Of a DNA stretch of 17,276 nucleotides, positions 7,752 through 16,044 are shown piece by piece. The stretch lies in the NCBI GenBank assembly GCA_043801585.1, contig JAZDLX010000070.1:1-17276 (forward strand), written 5' to 3'. Each line of letters opens with the position of its first letter. Position 1 is the stretch's first letter. Source of the stretch: a bacterium (GTDB taxonomy: Bacteria > Electryoneota > Electryoneia > Electryoneales > Electryoneaceae). Made by a program: the position numbers and the translations under genes. The notes beneath the pieces were generated by a model. That model did no database searches and was not told where the DNA came from. It saw only the letters and a program-made list of their open reading frames with translations.

Positions 7752-8035
7752 AACGGATACCCGCTATGTTTGCGATTACGCTTGCGGAAGGAGAGCGATA
7801 ATCCGAGAAATGAAAGTGCAAGAATCAGCATCAGAAGACGGCGCACAACGCCAGAGGCAAGGATGTTTTCAGGATCGATCAACAAATAGATGCTAATAGC
7901 GAAGAAACTGATGAGAGGAAACACGGCACGAACGAGGGGAACGGTAGCCCCGATGCTTTTTCTCCGATAGAGAAGAAAAGCTCCTGTGGATGTCACAAAA
8001 AGCAAGAGAAACATAACCGGTATCATATATCCCAT
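7748..8035 (-). CDS. Small 95-aa membrane protein with about three TM helices, coupled to the kinase
   Basis: Three hydrophobic segments and a basic C-terminal tail. GAGGT SD upstream. Its TGA overlaps the kinase ATG (ATGA, 7748-7751). Confidence 0.65.
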   Translation of the reverse strand: MGYMIPVMFLLLFVTSTGAFLLYRRKSIGATVPLVRAVFPLISFFAISIYLLIDPENILASGVVRRLLMLILALSFLGLSLSFRKRNRKHSGYPL

Positions 8036-8196
8036 CGCGACCTCGCCAGCCGAACTCTCTCAGCACACCTAAAGTTGAAGAACAAATCAAACAGTCGCAA
8101 CAAGGTTACACGAACCTTTGGAGTTTTTTGTGTTCGCAGAGTTTACACCAAATATGAATGTCTCCCTGCATCTTGTATTCAATACTATTGTTTTTC

Positions 8197-9678
8197 TTAC
8201 TCTCGAATTATTCTCCCTTCTATCTTGTTGACAATTTCAGGATATTTTTTTGCATAAGCAACTAACGCGTCTCGATCGAGGTAACCTGTCTTCTCCACCT
8301 CGATTGCGGCAGAATCCAGGCCAAAATAATCCATAGCGTGATCCGTGACGAAATCAGGCGCGACAACGGTGTAGGTTTTCTTCAGTTTGATTTTCTTACC
8401 GTTCACGCGGAGACTGACAAGCTTGCCGTCTTTTGTTTTATAGCTAAGTCCAGAGAAAATAACGACGTTATCACGTCCCCCGGTGGCAGCTTGATGCTCA
8501 ATGATTTTCTGCAGGTCGACCCCGGTCAATTGAAAAGTGACAAGCTCGTTGCCGAACGGTGAAATTTCGAGAATGTCCCGCAGGGTCATTGGACCCGCAA
8601 ACATATCCTTGCGGATGCCGCCGGTATTCGCGATTGAAATGTCCATCCCCGCGAAATCGCGGTAGGCATCCGTAATCCAGTTGCCGAGGCTGCCTTCGCC
8701 CCCATGTCCACGCGTCATGTCGCTTTTCAGGGTCGCCAGGACCACATCCATCTGGCCGGATACCTCTTTTTCCTGCTGGTTGACAACGGCAGCCAGGGCG
8801 CTGTCCTCGGGGAATGTGCCCAGAACAACGCGCTCAAGATGGCCGTCGAAGGATGCTACACGGTTGGCCGTTGTGTCCACCTCCAGGTGGACAATGCCGA
8901 GGAACCCGCCTCGCGAACCCGCCTGCACAATCGGACATCCGTTGACCACTTTCGGCTCCCAGAGCGTTGAATGGCTGTGCCCCCCGACGATCAGGTCAAT
9001 CTCGCCACCGAAAGTCATCGCGATGAGGCTGTCCTCCCAGACACCGCAGTGCGAGAGCAAGATCTGAATGTCCGTCCTCGGCTCGAGATCGTCAAGCATT
9101 GCACGGATAGTCGAATCGCGGTTGGAAATCACGACATGCCGGGTCATCTTCGGAGAGGTGACACCGTGAAAATCGTCAAGCATCATCCCGAAAATTCCAA
9201 CGCGAACTCCAGCGATCGTCAGTACAGTGTCAGGGGCAAAAATCGATTTTCCCGTCGAATCCCAAACGACATTCGCCGACAGCACCGGAAAGGTGGCATG
9301 GGACATCCGCTCGAAGAGAGTGTCCACACTGTAGTCAAACTCGTGATTGCCGACGGTGTAGGCGTCAGGATGAATCATGTTCATGATTTCAACCTGACTC
9401 GCTCCCCGGGTCAGCATCGAAACGGGTGTGCCCTGAAAATCGTCTCCGGCGTGCAGCAAAAGCGGGTTGGTTTCGGTAGCACGATAGTGTTCGATATATC
9501 CGTCGAGATTCGCCGCTCCGCCGACAAGCAGGGTATCGCCCCGGACGACACGTTTGTAGGGCAGATTCGCCGCATGAAAATCGTTATAGTGAAGGATCGT
9601 CACAGGAACTGTCTGCGCAGCAGCGAACGTTGTCAGCAGAAAGATCAGTGACAACGTCATCCAGGCTTTTCTCGGCAT
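8197..9678 (-). CDS. Secreted bifunctional 5'-nucleotidase / UDP-sugar hydrolase family metallophosphoesterase
   Basis: Motifs HYNDFH, AGD, GNHEFD, LSH and GGHSH, plus a 5'-nucleotidase C-domain (NTGGIR, SPFGN). Signal peptide MPRKAW...FAAA. GGGAGG SD before ATG 9678. Confidence 0.93.
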   Translation of the reverse strand: MPRKAWMTLSLIFLLTTFAAAQTVPVTILHYNDFHAANLPYKRVVRGDTLLVGGAANLDGYIEHYRATETNPLLLHAGDDFQGTPVSMLTRGASQVEIMNMIHPDAYTVGNHEFDYSVDTLFERMSHATFPVLSANVVWDSTGKSIFAPDTVLTIAGVRVGIFGMMLDDFHGVTSPKMTRHVVISNRDSTIRAMLDDLEPRTDIQILLSHCGVWEDSLIAMTFGGEIDLIVGGHSHSTLWEPKVVNGCPIVQAGSRGGFLGIVHLEVDTTANRVASFDGHLERVVLGTFPEDSALAAVVNQQEKEVSGQMDVVLATLKSDMTRGHGGEGSLGNWITDAYRDFAGMDISIANTGGIRKDMFAGPMTLRDILEISPFGNELVTFQLTGVDLQKIIEHQAATGGRDNVVIFSGLSYKTKDGKLVSLRVNGKKIKLKKTYTVVAPDFVTDHAMDYFGLDSAAIEVEKTGYLDRDALVAYAKKYPEIVNKIEGRIIRE

Positions 9679-9830
9679 TTCAGCCTCCCATAAATCGTAG
9701 AATGAGCGAGTGAATATAGGGCTCTCGACGAAGAAAGTGATGAGTTCCCCATGAGCCACGAATCAAACGGGAGACGGGCGGATGGCTCTCGCCATTTTGT
9801 ATCATGGAGCGTAGATAACAGGAGGTCGAG

Positions 9831-10874
9831 TTGAAATTATTCCGCTGGTGGAGACAAACGAAGGGCAGTTCCGCCCTTTTTATCGATTTCGAGAATCTCG
9901 TGCTTTCGTTGCGTGATGCGGGAAGCAGCGAGGATCCAGACCCAATCCCTCTGCTTGAACTGACGCGAAAAAACTCGCCCGACGGAACCCTTGCCTACGC
10001 TCGAGCCTGGGCTGACTGGCGACATTTCAGACAGCAGCAACGAATCTTCAAACGCGCAGGAATTGAAACCATCCAGGCCGATACGCATTCACTCCAGGGG
10101 AAGAACGCCACCGACATCTACATGGCCGTGGACATCACCGATCTGATGCACCGGAGACCCAACCTCGAGGTGATCGTCCTGGTGACGGGCGATAGCGATT
10201 TCAATCCACTCGTCGAATTGCTGAGGCACGAGGGAAAACAGGTCATCGGCGTCGGCGTCGAAGGCGCTGTCAGCCGACGGTTCGCGGAAGTCTGCAATCG
10301 GTTTCATTACGTCTCTGAGCTTTCTTCAGTCACGGAGCGGCAGGGACAGTTAAAACCTTACGAAAAAAAATCGTCGTCAACCCACCTGACAGATGCCGGG
10401 TCTTCGGAAAACGATCTGAACCCCGAGTTGCTCTCCGTGCTGGGACTCAGCGAAGGCGGAGTGATCCCATCGAAGCGGCTCCGCCAGTTGCTCCCGATGG
10501 CTTCCGAGGCGTGGAGTTCCGTATTTCCTGAACATGCCACCGACTTTCGCAAGGCGATGATGATGCGGCACGAAGGCAAGGTCCGGCAACAGGAGGCGGC
10601 AATCCTTGCTCACCTGCTGCGTTCCATCGGGGGCTACGGTTCGCACAACGGACATCCCTGGCTGGACGGCCCGCCATTGAAGGGCGATGAGGGGTACGAC
10701 CTGGTTTTGGCTGCTTCCGTGGAGACGCTTGAACGCCACGGTCTTGCGGAGGCGCGAGATCTTCAGAGCATCCACCAGGCGATCACCGGAGAACTGTGCG
10801 ACTCGGCCGAATTGCGGATGAGAACCGCCCGCGGCCGGCAGTTGCTCGAACAGCGCCGAGGTGTGGAGAACTGA
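9831..10874 (+). CDS. NYN (LabA/DUF88, PIN-like) domain protein with an unrecognised C-terminal region
   Basis: FIDFEN, AWADW, KNATDIYMAVD, LVTGDSDF and GKQVIGVG. AGGAGGT SD (9820-9826) before TTG. Confidence 0.88.
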   Translation: MKLFRWWRQTKGSSALFIDFENLVLSLRDAGSSEDPDPIPLLELTRKNSPDGTLAYARAWADWRHFRQQQRIFKRAGIETIQADTHSLQGKNATDIYMAVDITDLMHRRPNLEVIVLVTGDSDFNPLVELLRHEGKQVIGVGVEGAVSRRFAEVCNRFHYVSELSSVTERQGQLKPYEKKSSSTHLTDAGSSENDLNPELLSVLGLSEGGVIPSKRLRQLLPMASEAWSSVFPEHATDFRKAMMMRHEGKVRQQEAAILAHLLRSIGGYGSHNGHPWLDGPPLKGDEGYDLVLAASVETLERHGLAEARDLQSIHQAITGELCDSAELRMRTARGRQLLEQRRGVEN

Positions 10875-11401
10875 TGCCCTTTCATCTGGACACGGAGCGC
10901 CTGAGAATCCGGCCGCTTGACACCGACGATCTCGATGCCCTGCTCGAGATGTACGGCGACCCCGAGTTCAACCGTCGTATTCACAACGAAACCGCTCCTG
11001 GTCTGCTGGAGATGGCGCATTACGTCGAGTGGCACATCGAATGCCAGGAGACTCTCGGCTATGCGATGTGGGGTGTGGAAGAAAAGGACAGCGGCCTGTT
11101 CGTCGGAGACTGCGGATTCTTTCCCCTCGAGTGGCAAGGTCCGGAGATCGAACTCGCTTACCACCTGCACCCGGACTCCTGGGGCAAGGGCTACGCCACC
11201 GAAGCGGCAAGGGCGTGCCTGCGGTACGGCCTGAAGCATTACAAAAAGCCGATTGTCGCCGTCGTCCACCCGGATAACGGAACAAGCCGCAGAGTGCTCG
11301 AAAAAATCGGGATGGAACTCGACCGGGAGAAGATTATCTATGGAACTCAGATGATGCTCTACCGTCCAAGGCAAATTAAAAAGGGGACACGTACCTTTTA
11401 A
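10874..11401 (+). CDS. RimJ/RimL-family GNAT N-acetyltransferase (paralog 1)
   Basis: LDTERLRIRPL, FVGDCG, EIELAY, WGKGYATEAA and NGTSRRVLEKIGM. ATG overlaps the NYN stop (TGATG). Confidence 0.9.
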   Translation: MPFHLDTERLRIRPLDTDDLDALLEMYGDPEFNRRIHNETAPGLLEMAHYVEWHIECQETLGYAMWGVEEKDSGLFVGDCGFFPLEWQGPEIELAYHLHPDSWGKGYATEAARACLRYGLKHYKKPIVAVVHPDNGTSRRVLEKIGMELDREKIIYGTQMMLYRPRQIKKGTRTF

Positions 11402-11472
11402 TTTCAATCCACATCAATGAAGTGAGTCCTTTAGCGCCAAAATCAAAAGGTACGTGTCCCCTTTTTAATTTG
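11372..11472. repeat. 101-bp MITE/REP-like element: 33-bp inverted repeats (1 mismatch) with a 35-nt spacer
   Basis: CAAATTAAAAAGGGGACACGTACCTTTTAATTT (11372-11404) versus AAATCAAAAGGTACGTGTCCCCTTTTTAATTTG (11440-11472). AT-rich compared with the flanking genes. Confidence 0.85.
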
Positions 11473-11484
11473 AGGAGTGACGGG

Positions 11485-12051
11485 ATGCCACTTCAGCTCG
11501 ACACCGAACGGTTGATCGTTCGCGCGTTTCGCGAGGATGACCTCGAAGCGCTCGGGGCGTGGATGCTGGACCCCGATGTCACCCGCCATCTCCTCCTCTC
11601 GTTTCACTCCCTCGAAGAGTTGAGGCCCCGCATCGAAATGTACAACCGTCACCATCGCAACCTCGGTTACAGTTTCTGGGCCATGGAACGCAAAGCGGAC
11701 AACCTGGTGATCGGTGGATGCGGACTGCTTCCCATCGGATGGATCGGCCCCGACGTCGAGATCGCCTGGCACATGCGCAAGGATTGCTGGGGGCAGGGTT
11801 ACGCTCCCGAAGCTGCAGGAGCGGTCCTCGACTACGGAGTGAACGTGCTGAAACTGCCGCGCATCTGGGCACTGCTCTCCCCGGAAAACACAGCCAGCCG
11901 CCGTGTCACGCAGAAGGTGGGCATGGAGTATGTGGGGCTGGGCTCCTACCAGGGACACCCACACGAATTTTATATCGTTCCGAAAGGAACCGGCCGCAAA
12001 CCTCCGAACGGTCCGGACCTCACTCCTCCCGTTTCACCCGGTCTGGCGTGA
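11485..12051 (+). CDS. RimJ/RimL-family GNAT N-acetyltransferase (paralog 2)
   Basis: LDTERLIVRAF, VIGGCG, DVEIAW, WGQGYAPEAA and NTASRRVTQKVGM. GAGGAG SD (11472-11477) before ATG 11485. Confidence 0.9.
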   Translation: MPLQLDTERLIVRAFREDDLEALGAWMLDPDVTRHLLLSFHSLEELRPRIEMYNRHHRNLGYSFWAMERKADNLVIGGCGLLPIGWIGPDVEIAWHMRKDCWGQGYAPEAAGAVLDYGVNVLKLPRIWALLSPENTASRRVTQKVGMEYVGLGSYQGHPHEFYIVPKGTGRKPPNGPDLTPPVSPGLA

Positions 12052-12382
12052 ACGCCGGAATGCAGAGACTGATGTATTCAGCGGGTTCGTCGAAAGGATT
12101 GGAATACCGGACACGGGCGCCGACCTTGACCCAGATGGATTCTCCTGCTACGAGTTCAACCACTTCGCCATCCACCTCAACCCGTTTCCGTCCGGCAAGC
12201 ATCAGTGTGAATTCGTCGAACAGCGGCCTCTGTGCGGGTTCCCTCCACCCCGGCGGTGCGGTCATCTTCGCCAGGCTGAAATCACCCGCGTCGACGCTCG
12301 CCATGCCAAAATGTTCGAGGATCAGCTTGCCATCGGTCACCGGCACAGGGAACGGAGCCTGTTGCAGCACGTAGTTGCTCAC
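12020..12382 (-). CDS. Small cupin-domain protein
   Basis: EHFG...SLAKMTAPPGWREPAQRPLFDEFTLMLAG...VELVAGESIWVKVGARVRYSNPF...EYISLCIPAF, a cupin beta-barrel pattern. AGGGAG SD precedes GTG 12382; the alternative start is GTG 12400. Confidence 0.85.
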   Translation of the reverse strand: MSNYVLQQAPFPVPVTDGKLILEHFGMASVDAGDFSLAKMTAPPGWREPAQRPLFDEFTLMLAGRKRVEVDGEVVELVAGESIWVKVGARVRYSNPFDEPAEYISLCIPAFTPDRVKREE

Positions 12383-12396
12383 GCGGTTACTCCCTG

Positions 12397-12975
12397 TCAC
12401 TTACGGTTCCATTCCCGGCGCAGTTCACGCACCTCCGCGAGGATCTGCTCGAGCAAGGCATGATCGTTGTGTTTTCCCCGCGTTCCGGCGGAGCGCAACG
12501 TTTCCTCGAAATCAGGAATACCGCCGAGGATCATGTCACCGAGCGATTCGGCGTCGTTCAGTCCGTGCAGAACAAGCGCCGGGCGGTTGGAGCCGCCGCT
12601 TTCCGAGGTGAAGATGCGAAGGCGTTGCAGGCGGAAGATCCGCTCCAGCAGACCGCTCGAAACGTCCACCGAAGCGATCTGGGCAATCGGCACGGTAATC
12701 CGTTTCTTCGTGAGAACGCCTTTGCTCAACCGGACCTCTTCCGCCATGATCTCCGCAACAAGGGATCGGTGATAAAGAACGATCCACACTCCAATTGGCA
12801 GGGCCACGACCAGCCAGAGGACGCATAAGGCGAGCAGCATCTGGGCCATCGCCGGGCCAAGCTTTCCAAAGAGTGGCATCAGGAAAGGAAGCAGAACGAG
12901 AAGAGTGACAACCCCCCATTTGATCAGCCAGAGGGTTCGTTGTGTTGTCCGGGGTTTAAGGACAACAGGTGGCAT
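12397..12975 (-). CDS. Bacterial PH-domain (bPH_2/YdbS-like) membrane protein
   Basis: Two N-terminal TM helices followed by SKGVLTKKRITVPIAQIASVDVSSGLLERIFRLQRLRIFTS. C-terminal LLEQILAEVRELRRE helix. Confidence 0.8.
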   Translation of the reverse strand: MPPVVLKPRTTQRTLWLIKWGVVTLLVLLPFLMPLFGKLGPAMAQMLLALCVLWLVVALPIGVWIVLYHRSLVAEIMAEEVRLSKGVLTKKRITVPIAQIASVDVSSGLLERIFRLQRLRIFTSESGGSNRPALVLHGLNDAESLGDMILGGIPDFEETLRSAGTRGKHNDHALLEQILAEVRELRREWNRK

Positions 12976-12986
12976 GGCAACTCCGA

Positions 12987-13373
12987 TCAGTCGGAAATCT
13001 GTCCCGTTTTGAGAAGGTGATCCCGCACACGGTTTACCTTCTCGATGAGGTTCTGCGTGTCGAACGGTTTGATGATGTAATCCTCAATTCCTTCACGCAG
13101 GATGCGATGGACCGTAGTCTCGCTGCTATCGCTGGTGATGGCGATGATCGGGATTTTTTCTGTCCGGGGATTGGAGCGCACTTCGCGGATCAGCGAACCG
13201 CCGGACATTCCGGGCATATGAAGATCCGTCAGGATCAGATCGGTGCTTTCGACCAGATGCATGCCATTGAGTCCGTTGTCCGCCTCAAGGAAATTGATAT
13301 AGCCGGCTCCCTTCAACGTGTCGTGAATCAGAGTACGCACCTCCTGATCATCGTCGATGATGAGGATCTTCAT
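12987..13373 (-). CDS. Single-domain (CheY-like) response regulator receiver
   Basis: MKILIIDDD, EADNG, TDLHMPGMSG (phosphoacceptor Asp), IIAITS and YIIKPF. GAAGGGA SD before ATG 13373. Confidence 0.92.
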   Translation of the reverse strand: MKILIIDDDQEVRTLIHDTLKGAGYINFLEADNGLNGMHLVESTDLILTDLHMPGMSGGSLIREVRSNPRTEKIPIIAITSDSSETTVHRILREGIEDYIIKPFDTQNLIEKVNRVRDHLLKTGQISD

Positions 13374-13412
13374 CCATGATCCCTTCAAATGTGTTTTAAA
13401 GCAAAATAGCGA

Positions 13413-13449
13413 GGCAGACCGGATACGGCAATGTATCCCACGGTCCGCC
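13413..13449 (-). terminator. Possible hairpin/terminator downstream of the gamma-subunit gene
   Basis: GGCAGACC/GGTCCGCC outer stem and GGATAC/GTATCC inner stem. On the minus strand it is followed by TCGCTATTTTGCTTT, an imperfect U-tract. Confidence 0.35.
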
Positions 13450-13475
13450 CGAGAAAATCCAACCTGAGAACGGAA

Positions 13476-14033
13476 TCACTTCTTGCCTTTGTCCCGAATC
13501 TCACGGGTTGCCTTTATCCCGACTTCCAGAGCTTTCAGGTTATAGGCTTCCGTGCCTTTCGGCGCACGCCGGACAAGCGCTTCGCGAATGGATTGTTCGC
13601 TGAGGACATCGGAGAGGGCCACGAATGTTCCCAACGCCACCGCCGACGTATAGACCATCCTGCCGAGTTCCCGTTGGGTCAAATCAATGATTGGAATATC
13701 GTAGATCGTGTATTTCTCCCGATCTTCCTGCGGCACCTCCACGAGGTTCGGATCGATCACCACGGGGGCTCCGGGCCGGATATCCGTGCCGAACCGCTGG
13801 TAGGAGTTCGTCGCCAGCGAAAGGAAGAAATCGATATCCGCGGTTCTTGGAAACAGAATCTGTTCCGAGTCGATGATCACATCCACTTTTGTCGGCCCGC
13901 CACGCACCTGTGCCGTGTAGGTTGGTGATCCAGCCGCCTGTAATCCTTCGAGGAACGCAGCGTCCGCGAGGATGGTACCGGCGAGGATGATGCCCTGGCC
14001 TCCGACGGCGGAAAAACGCGCTTCGTAATGCAT
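13476..14033 (-). CDS. oorC: 2-oxoacid (probably 2-oxoglutarate):acceptor oxidoreductase gamma subunit
   Basis: RFSAVGGQGIILAG, TYTAQVRGGPTKVD and NLKALEVG. Last gene of a D-A-B-C cluster. Confidence 0.9.
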   Translation of the reverse strand: MHYEARFSAVGGQGIILAGTILADAAFLEGLQAAGSPTYTAQVRGGPTKVDVIIDSEQILFPRTADIDFFLSLATNSYQRFGTDIRPGAPVVIDPNLVEVPQEDREKYTIYDIPIIDLTQRELGRMVYTSAVALGTFVALSDVLSEQSIREALVRRAPKGTEAYNLKALEVGIKATREIRDKGKK

Positions 14034-14051
14034 GATACCTTCTCCCCCGGA

Positions 14052-14876
14052 TCAGGCGCTTTCGCGCAGGCTGGCGATCAGTTTCTCATACTTGTCCGTG
14101 TATTCTGGCCGTCCTGTGTCATGGTGCAGCACTCCCACGGGGAAAAATTTCGCCTGATCATCCGCACTAAGCTCCTCGTATTTTTTCAGCGGCTTAGCGC
14201 GATCTCCGATCCACCTCACCATGTTCATCGGGTCAGCCATCTTGTTGCGGCGTCCGAACTGGGTGTGGCAATTGCTGACAACCTCGACGAAACTGAATCC
14301 CTTGTGATCGAAGGCCTGCTTGATGAACATCGTGAGCTGACGGCCGTTCGCCACATGCCCCCGGGCGACGAAGGAGGCTCCCGCTCCGACCGCCAGTTTG
14401 GCGAGGTCGAACGGCGGTTCGAGGTTTCCGTAGGGAGCCGTTGCGGCTTTCGTCCCCAACGGTGTCGTCGGGCTGTACTGCCCGCCGGTCATCCCGTAAA
14501 TGTTGTTATTGTTCACGATCAAGGTGATGTCGATGTTGCGGCGAGCTGCGTGGATCAGGTGATTTCCGCCGATCGCGCTCGCGTCGCCGTCACCGCTGAT
14601 TACGACAATATGTTTGTCGGGACAGTGCATCTTGATGCCCGTAGCGAACGCCAGCGCGCGCCCATGAGTTGTATGCAGGGTGTTCGCGTTCAGGTACCCG
14701 GGCGCACGGCTGGTGCAACCGATTCCCGAAACCACCGCGATGTCGTGGGTATCCCAGTTCAACTCATCGAACGCTCGAATCATCGACTTGACGACGACTC
14801 CAATGCCACACCCCGGACACCACATGTGTGGCATTTTGTTCTCGCGTATGTAGGGCCAATAATCGAACGACATCAA
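14052..14876 (-). CDS. oorB: 2-oxoacid:acceptor oxidoreductase beta (TPP-binding) subunit
   Basis: WCPGCG, SGIGC, HTTHGRA, GDGD and NNNIYGMTGGQYSPTTP. Start overlaps the alpha-subunit stop. Confidence 0.95.
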   Translation of the reverse strand: MMSFDYWPYIRENKMPHMWCPGCGIGVVVKSMIRAFDELNWDTHDIAVVSGIGCTSRAPGYLNANTLHTTHGRALAFATGIKMHCPDKHIVVISGDGDASAIGGNHLIHAARRNIDITLIVNNNNIYGMTGGQYSPTTPLGTKAATAPYGNLEPPFDLAKLAVGAGASFVARGHVANGRQLTMFIKQAFDHKGFSFVEVVSNCHTQFGRRNKMADPMNMVRWIGDRAKPLKKYEELSADDQAKFFPVGVLHHDTGRPEYTDKYEKLIASLRESA

Positions 14877-16036
14877 GCCACCCCCTCGATGGCGGAGAGA
14901 ATTTCCGCCGGAGTAATCGGCACCCCACCCACCTTGTTCACCCGCTTGACCGGCCGGTCATAGTGCACCGCGCGTTCCACCTCGTACACCATCTGGCCCA
15001 TGTTGAATTCAGGGACGACCAACGCCTTGCACTTGCGGCCGAATTCGTAGGTCTGGTCTTTCGGGTAAGGCCAGACGGTCACCGGGCGAAGCAACCCCGC
15101 CTTGATCCCTTTTTCACGAGCCTGCTTGATAGCGACCATCGCCGCCCGTGCAGTGCTGCCGAAACTGACGACGCCGATGTCCGCATCGTCCGCCATGAAA
15201 TACTCCACCTTGTCGATAATCTTGCGGTTGCTCAACACCTTGCGATACTGACGTTTCATGTCGATGTCGATCAGGTCGGGATCGGTGGTTGGAAAACCGG
15301 TCGCATCGTGGTTCAGGCCGGTGGTATGCCAGCGGGCGCCTTCGAAATACCCGAGGAACGGCGGAATGTCACCTTTGGAGACGTCATAGGGAATATATTT
15401 TTCTGGATCGCCCTGGTAACGAACCCGGTCGATGATCTCAAACGTCCCCTTCTTGGGGGGAACCACGCCCTCTGAAAGGTGGCCGAGCACTTCATCGAGC
15501 AGCAGGATCACCGGCATCCGGAACTGTTCGGCAAGGTTAAAGGCGCGGATCGTCTCCATGTAGGTTTCCTGGTGGAACGACGGCGCGATCGCAATCGTCG
15601 GATGGTCGCCGTGAGTTCCCCAGCGCGCCTGCATCAGATCCGCCTGCGCCGGGTGAGTCGGCAAGCCTGTGGAAGGGCCGCCGCGCATGACGTTGACCAC
15701 AACACAGGGCGCCTCGACCATATAGCCGAAGCCGAGGTTTTCCAGCTTGAGCGAGAAACCGGGGCCGCTGGTGGCGGTCATCGATTTGGCGCCGGCAAGG
15801 CTCGCCCCGATCACGGAGGCCATCGCCCCGATCTCGTCTTCCATCTGAATGAAATGCCCCCCAACCAGCGGAAGCAGCTTCGCCAACTCCTGTGCAATTT
15901 CACTTGACGGGGTGATGGGATACCCCCCGAAGAAATTGCACCCTGCGGCCACGGCAGCCTGGGCAACAACCTGATTGCCCGCCCAGAATTTTACATCAAC
16001 CTCGCGTTTGCCAGCGCGAGCTTTCGTCTCGGACAC
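14873..16036 (-). CDS. oorA: 2-oxoacid:acceptor oxidoreductase alpha subunit
   Basis: GYPITPSSE, QMEDE, TATSGPGFSL, RGGPSTGLPT and PEFNMGQ. AGGGGG SD before GTG. Confidence 0.95.
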   Translation of the reverse strand: MSETKARAGKREVDVKFWAGNQVVAQAAVAAGCNFFGGYPITPSSEIAQELAKLLPLVGGHFIQMEDEIGAMASVIGASLAGAKSMTATSGPGFSLKLENLGFGYMVEAPCVVVNVMRGGPSTGLPTHPAQADLMQARWGTHGDHPTIAIAPSFHQETYMETIRAFNLAEQFRMPVILLLDEVLGHLSEGVVPPKKGTFEIIDRVRYQGDPEKYIPYDVSKGDIPPFLGYFEGARWHTTGLNHDATGFPTTDPDLIDIDMKRQYRKVLSNRKIIDKVEYFMADDADIGVVSFGSTARAAMVAIKQAREKGIKAGLLRPVTVWPYPKDQTYEFGRKCKALVVPEFNMGQMVYEVERAVHYDRPVKRVNKVGGVPITPAEILSAIEGVA

Positions 16037-16044
16037 AATACCCC

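Noticed and set aside
11372..11472. Mini-CRISPR interpretation (33-bp repeat with 35-nt spacer)
   Set aside because: The two repeats are inverted rather than direct, there are only two, and no cas genes are present.
10763..11964. Minus-strand ORFs of 214 and 173 aa containing KGTCPLF or KKGTRTF
   Set aside because: They are shadows of the two GNAT genes, and the shared peptides are simply translations of the inverted-repeat arms.
11559..12374. 271-aa plus-strand ORF
   Set aside because: It is an alternative-frame overlap of GNAT-2 and antisense to the cupin, with a low-complexity Arg/Pro/Ser composition.
14028..15907. Long plus-strand ORFs (311, 215 and 142 aa) opposite oorB/oorA
   Set aside because: Antisense shadows of conserved genes with no domain features.
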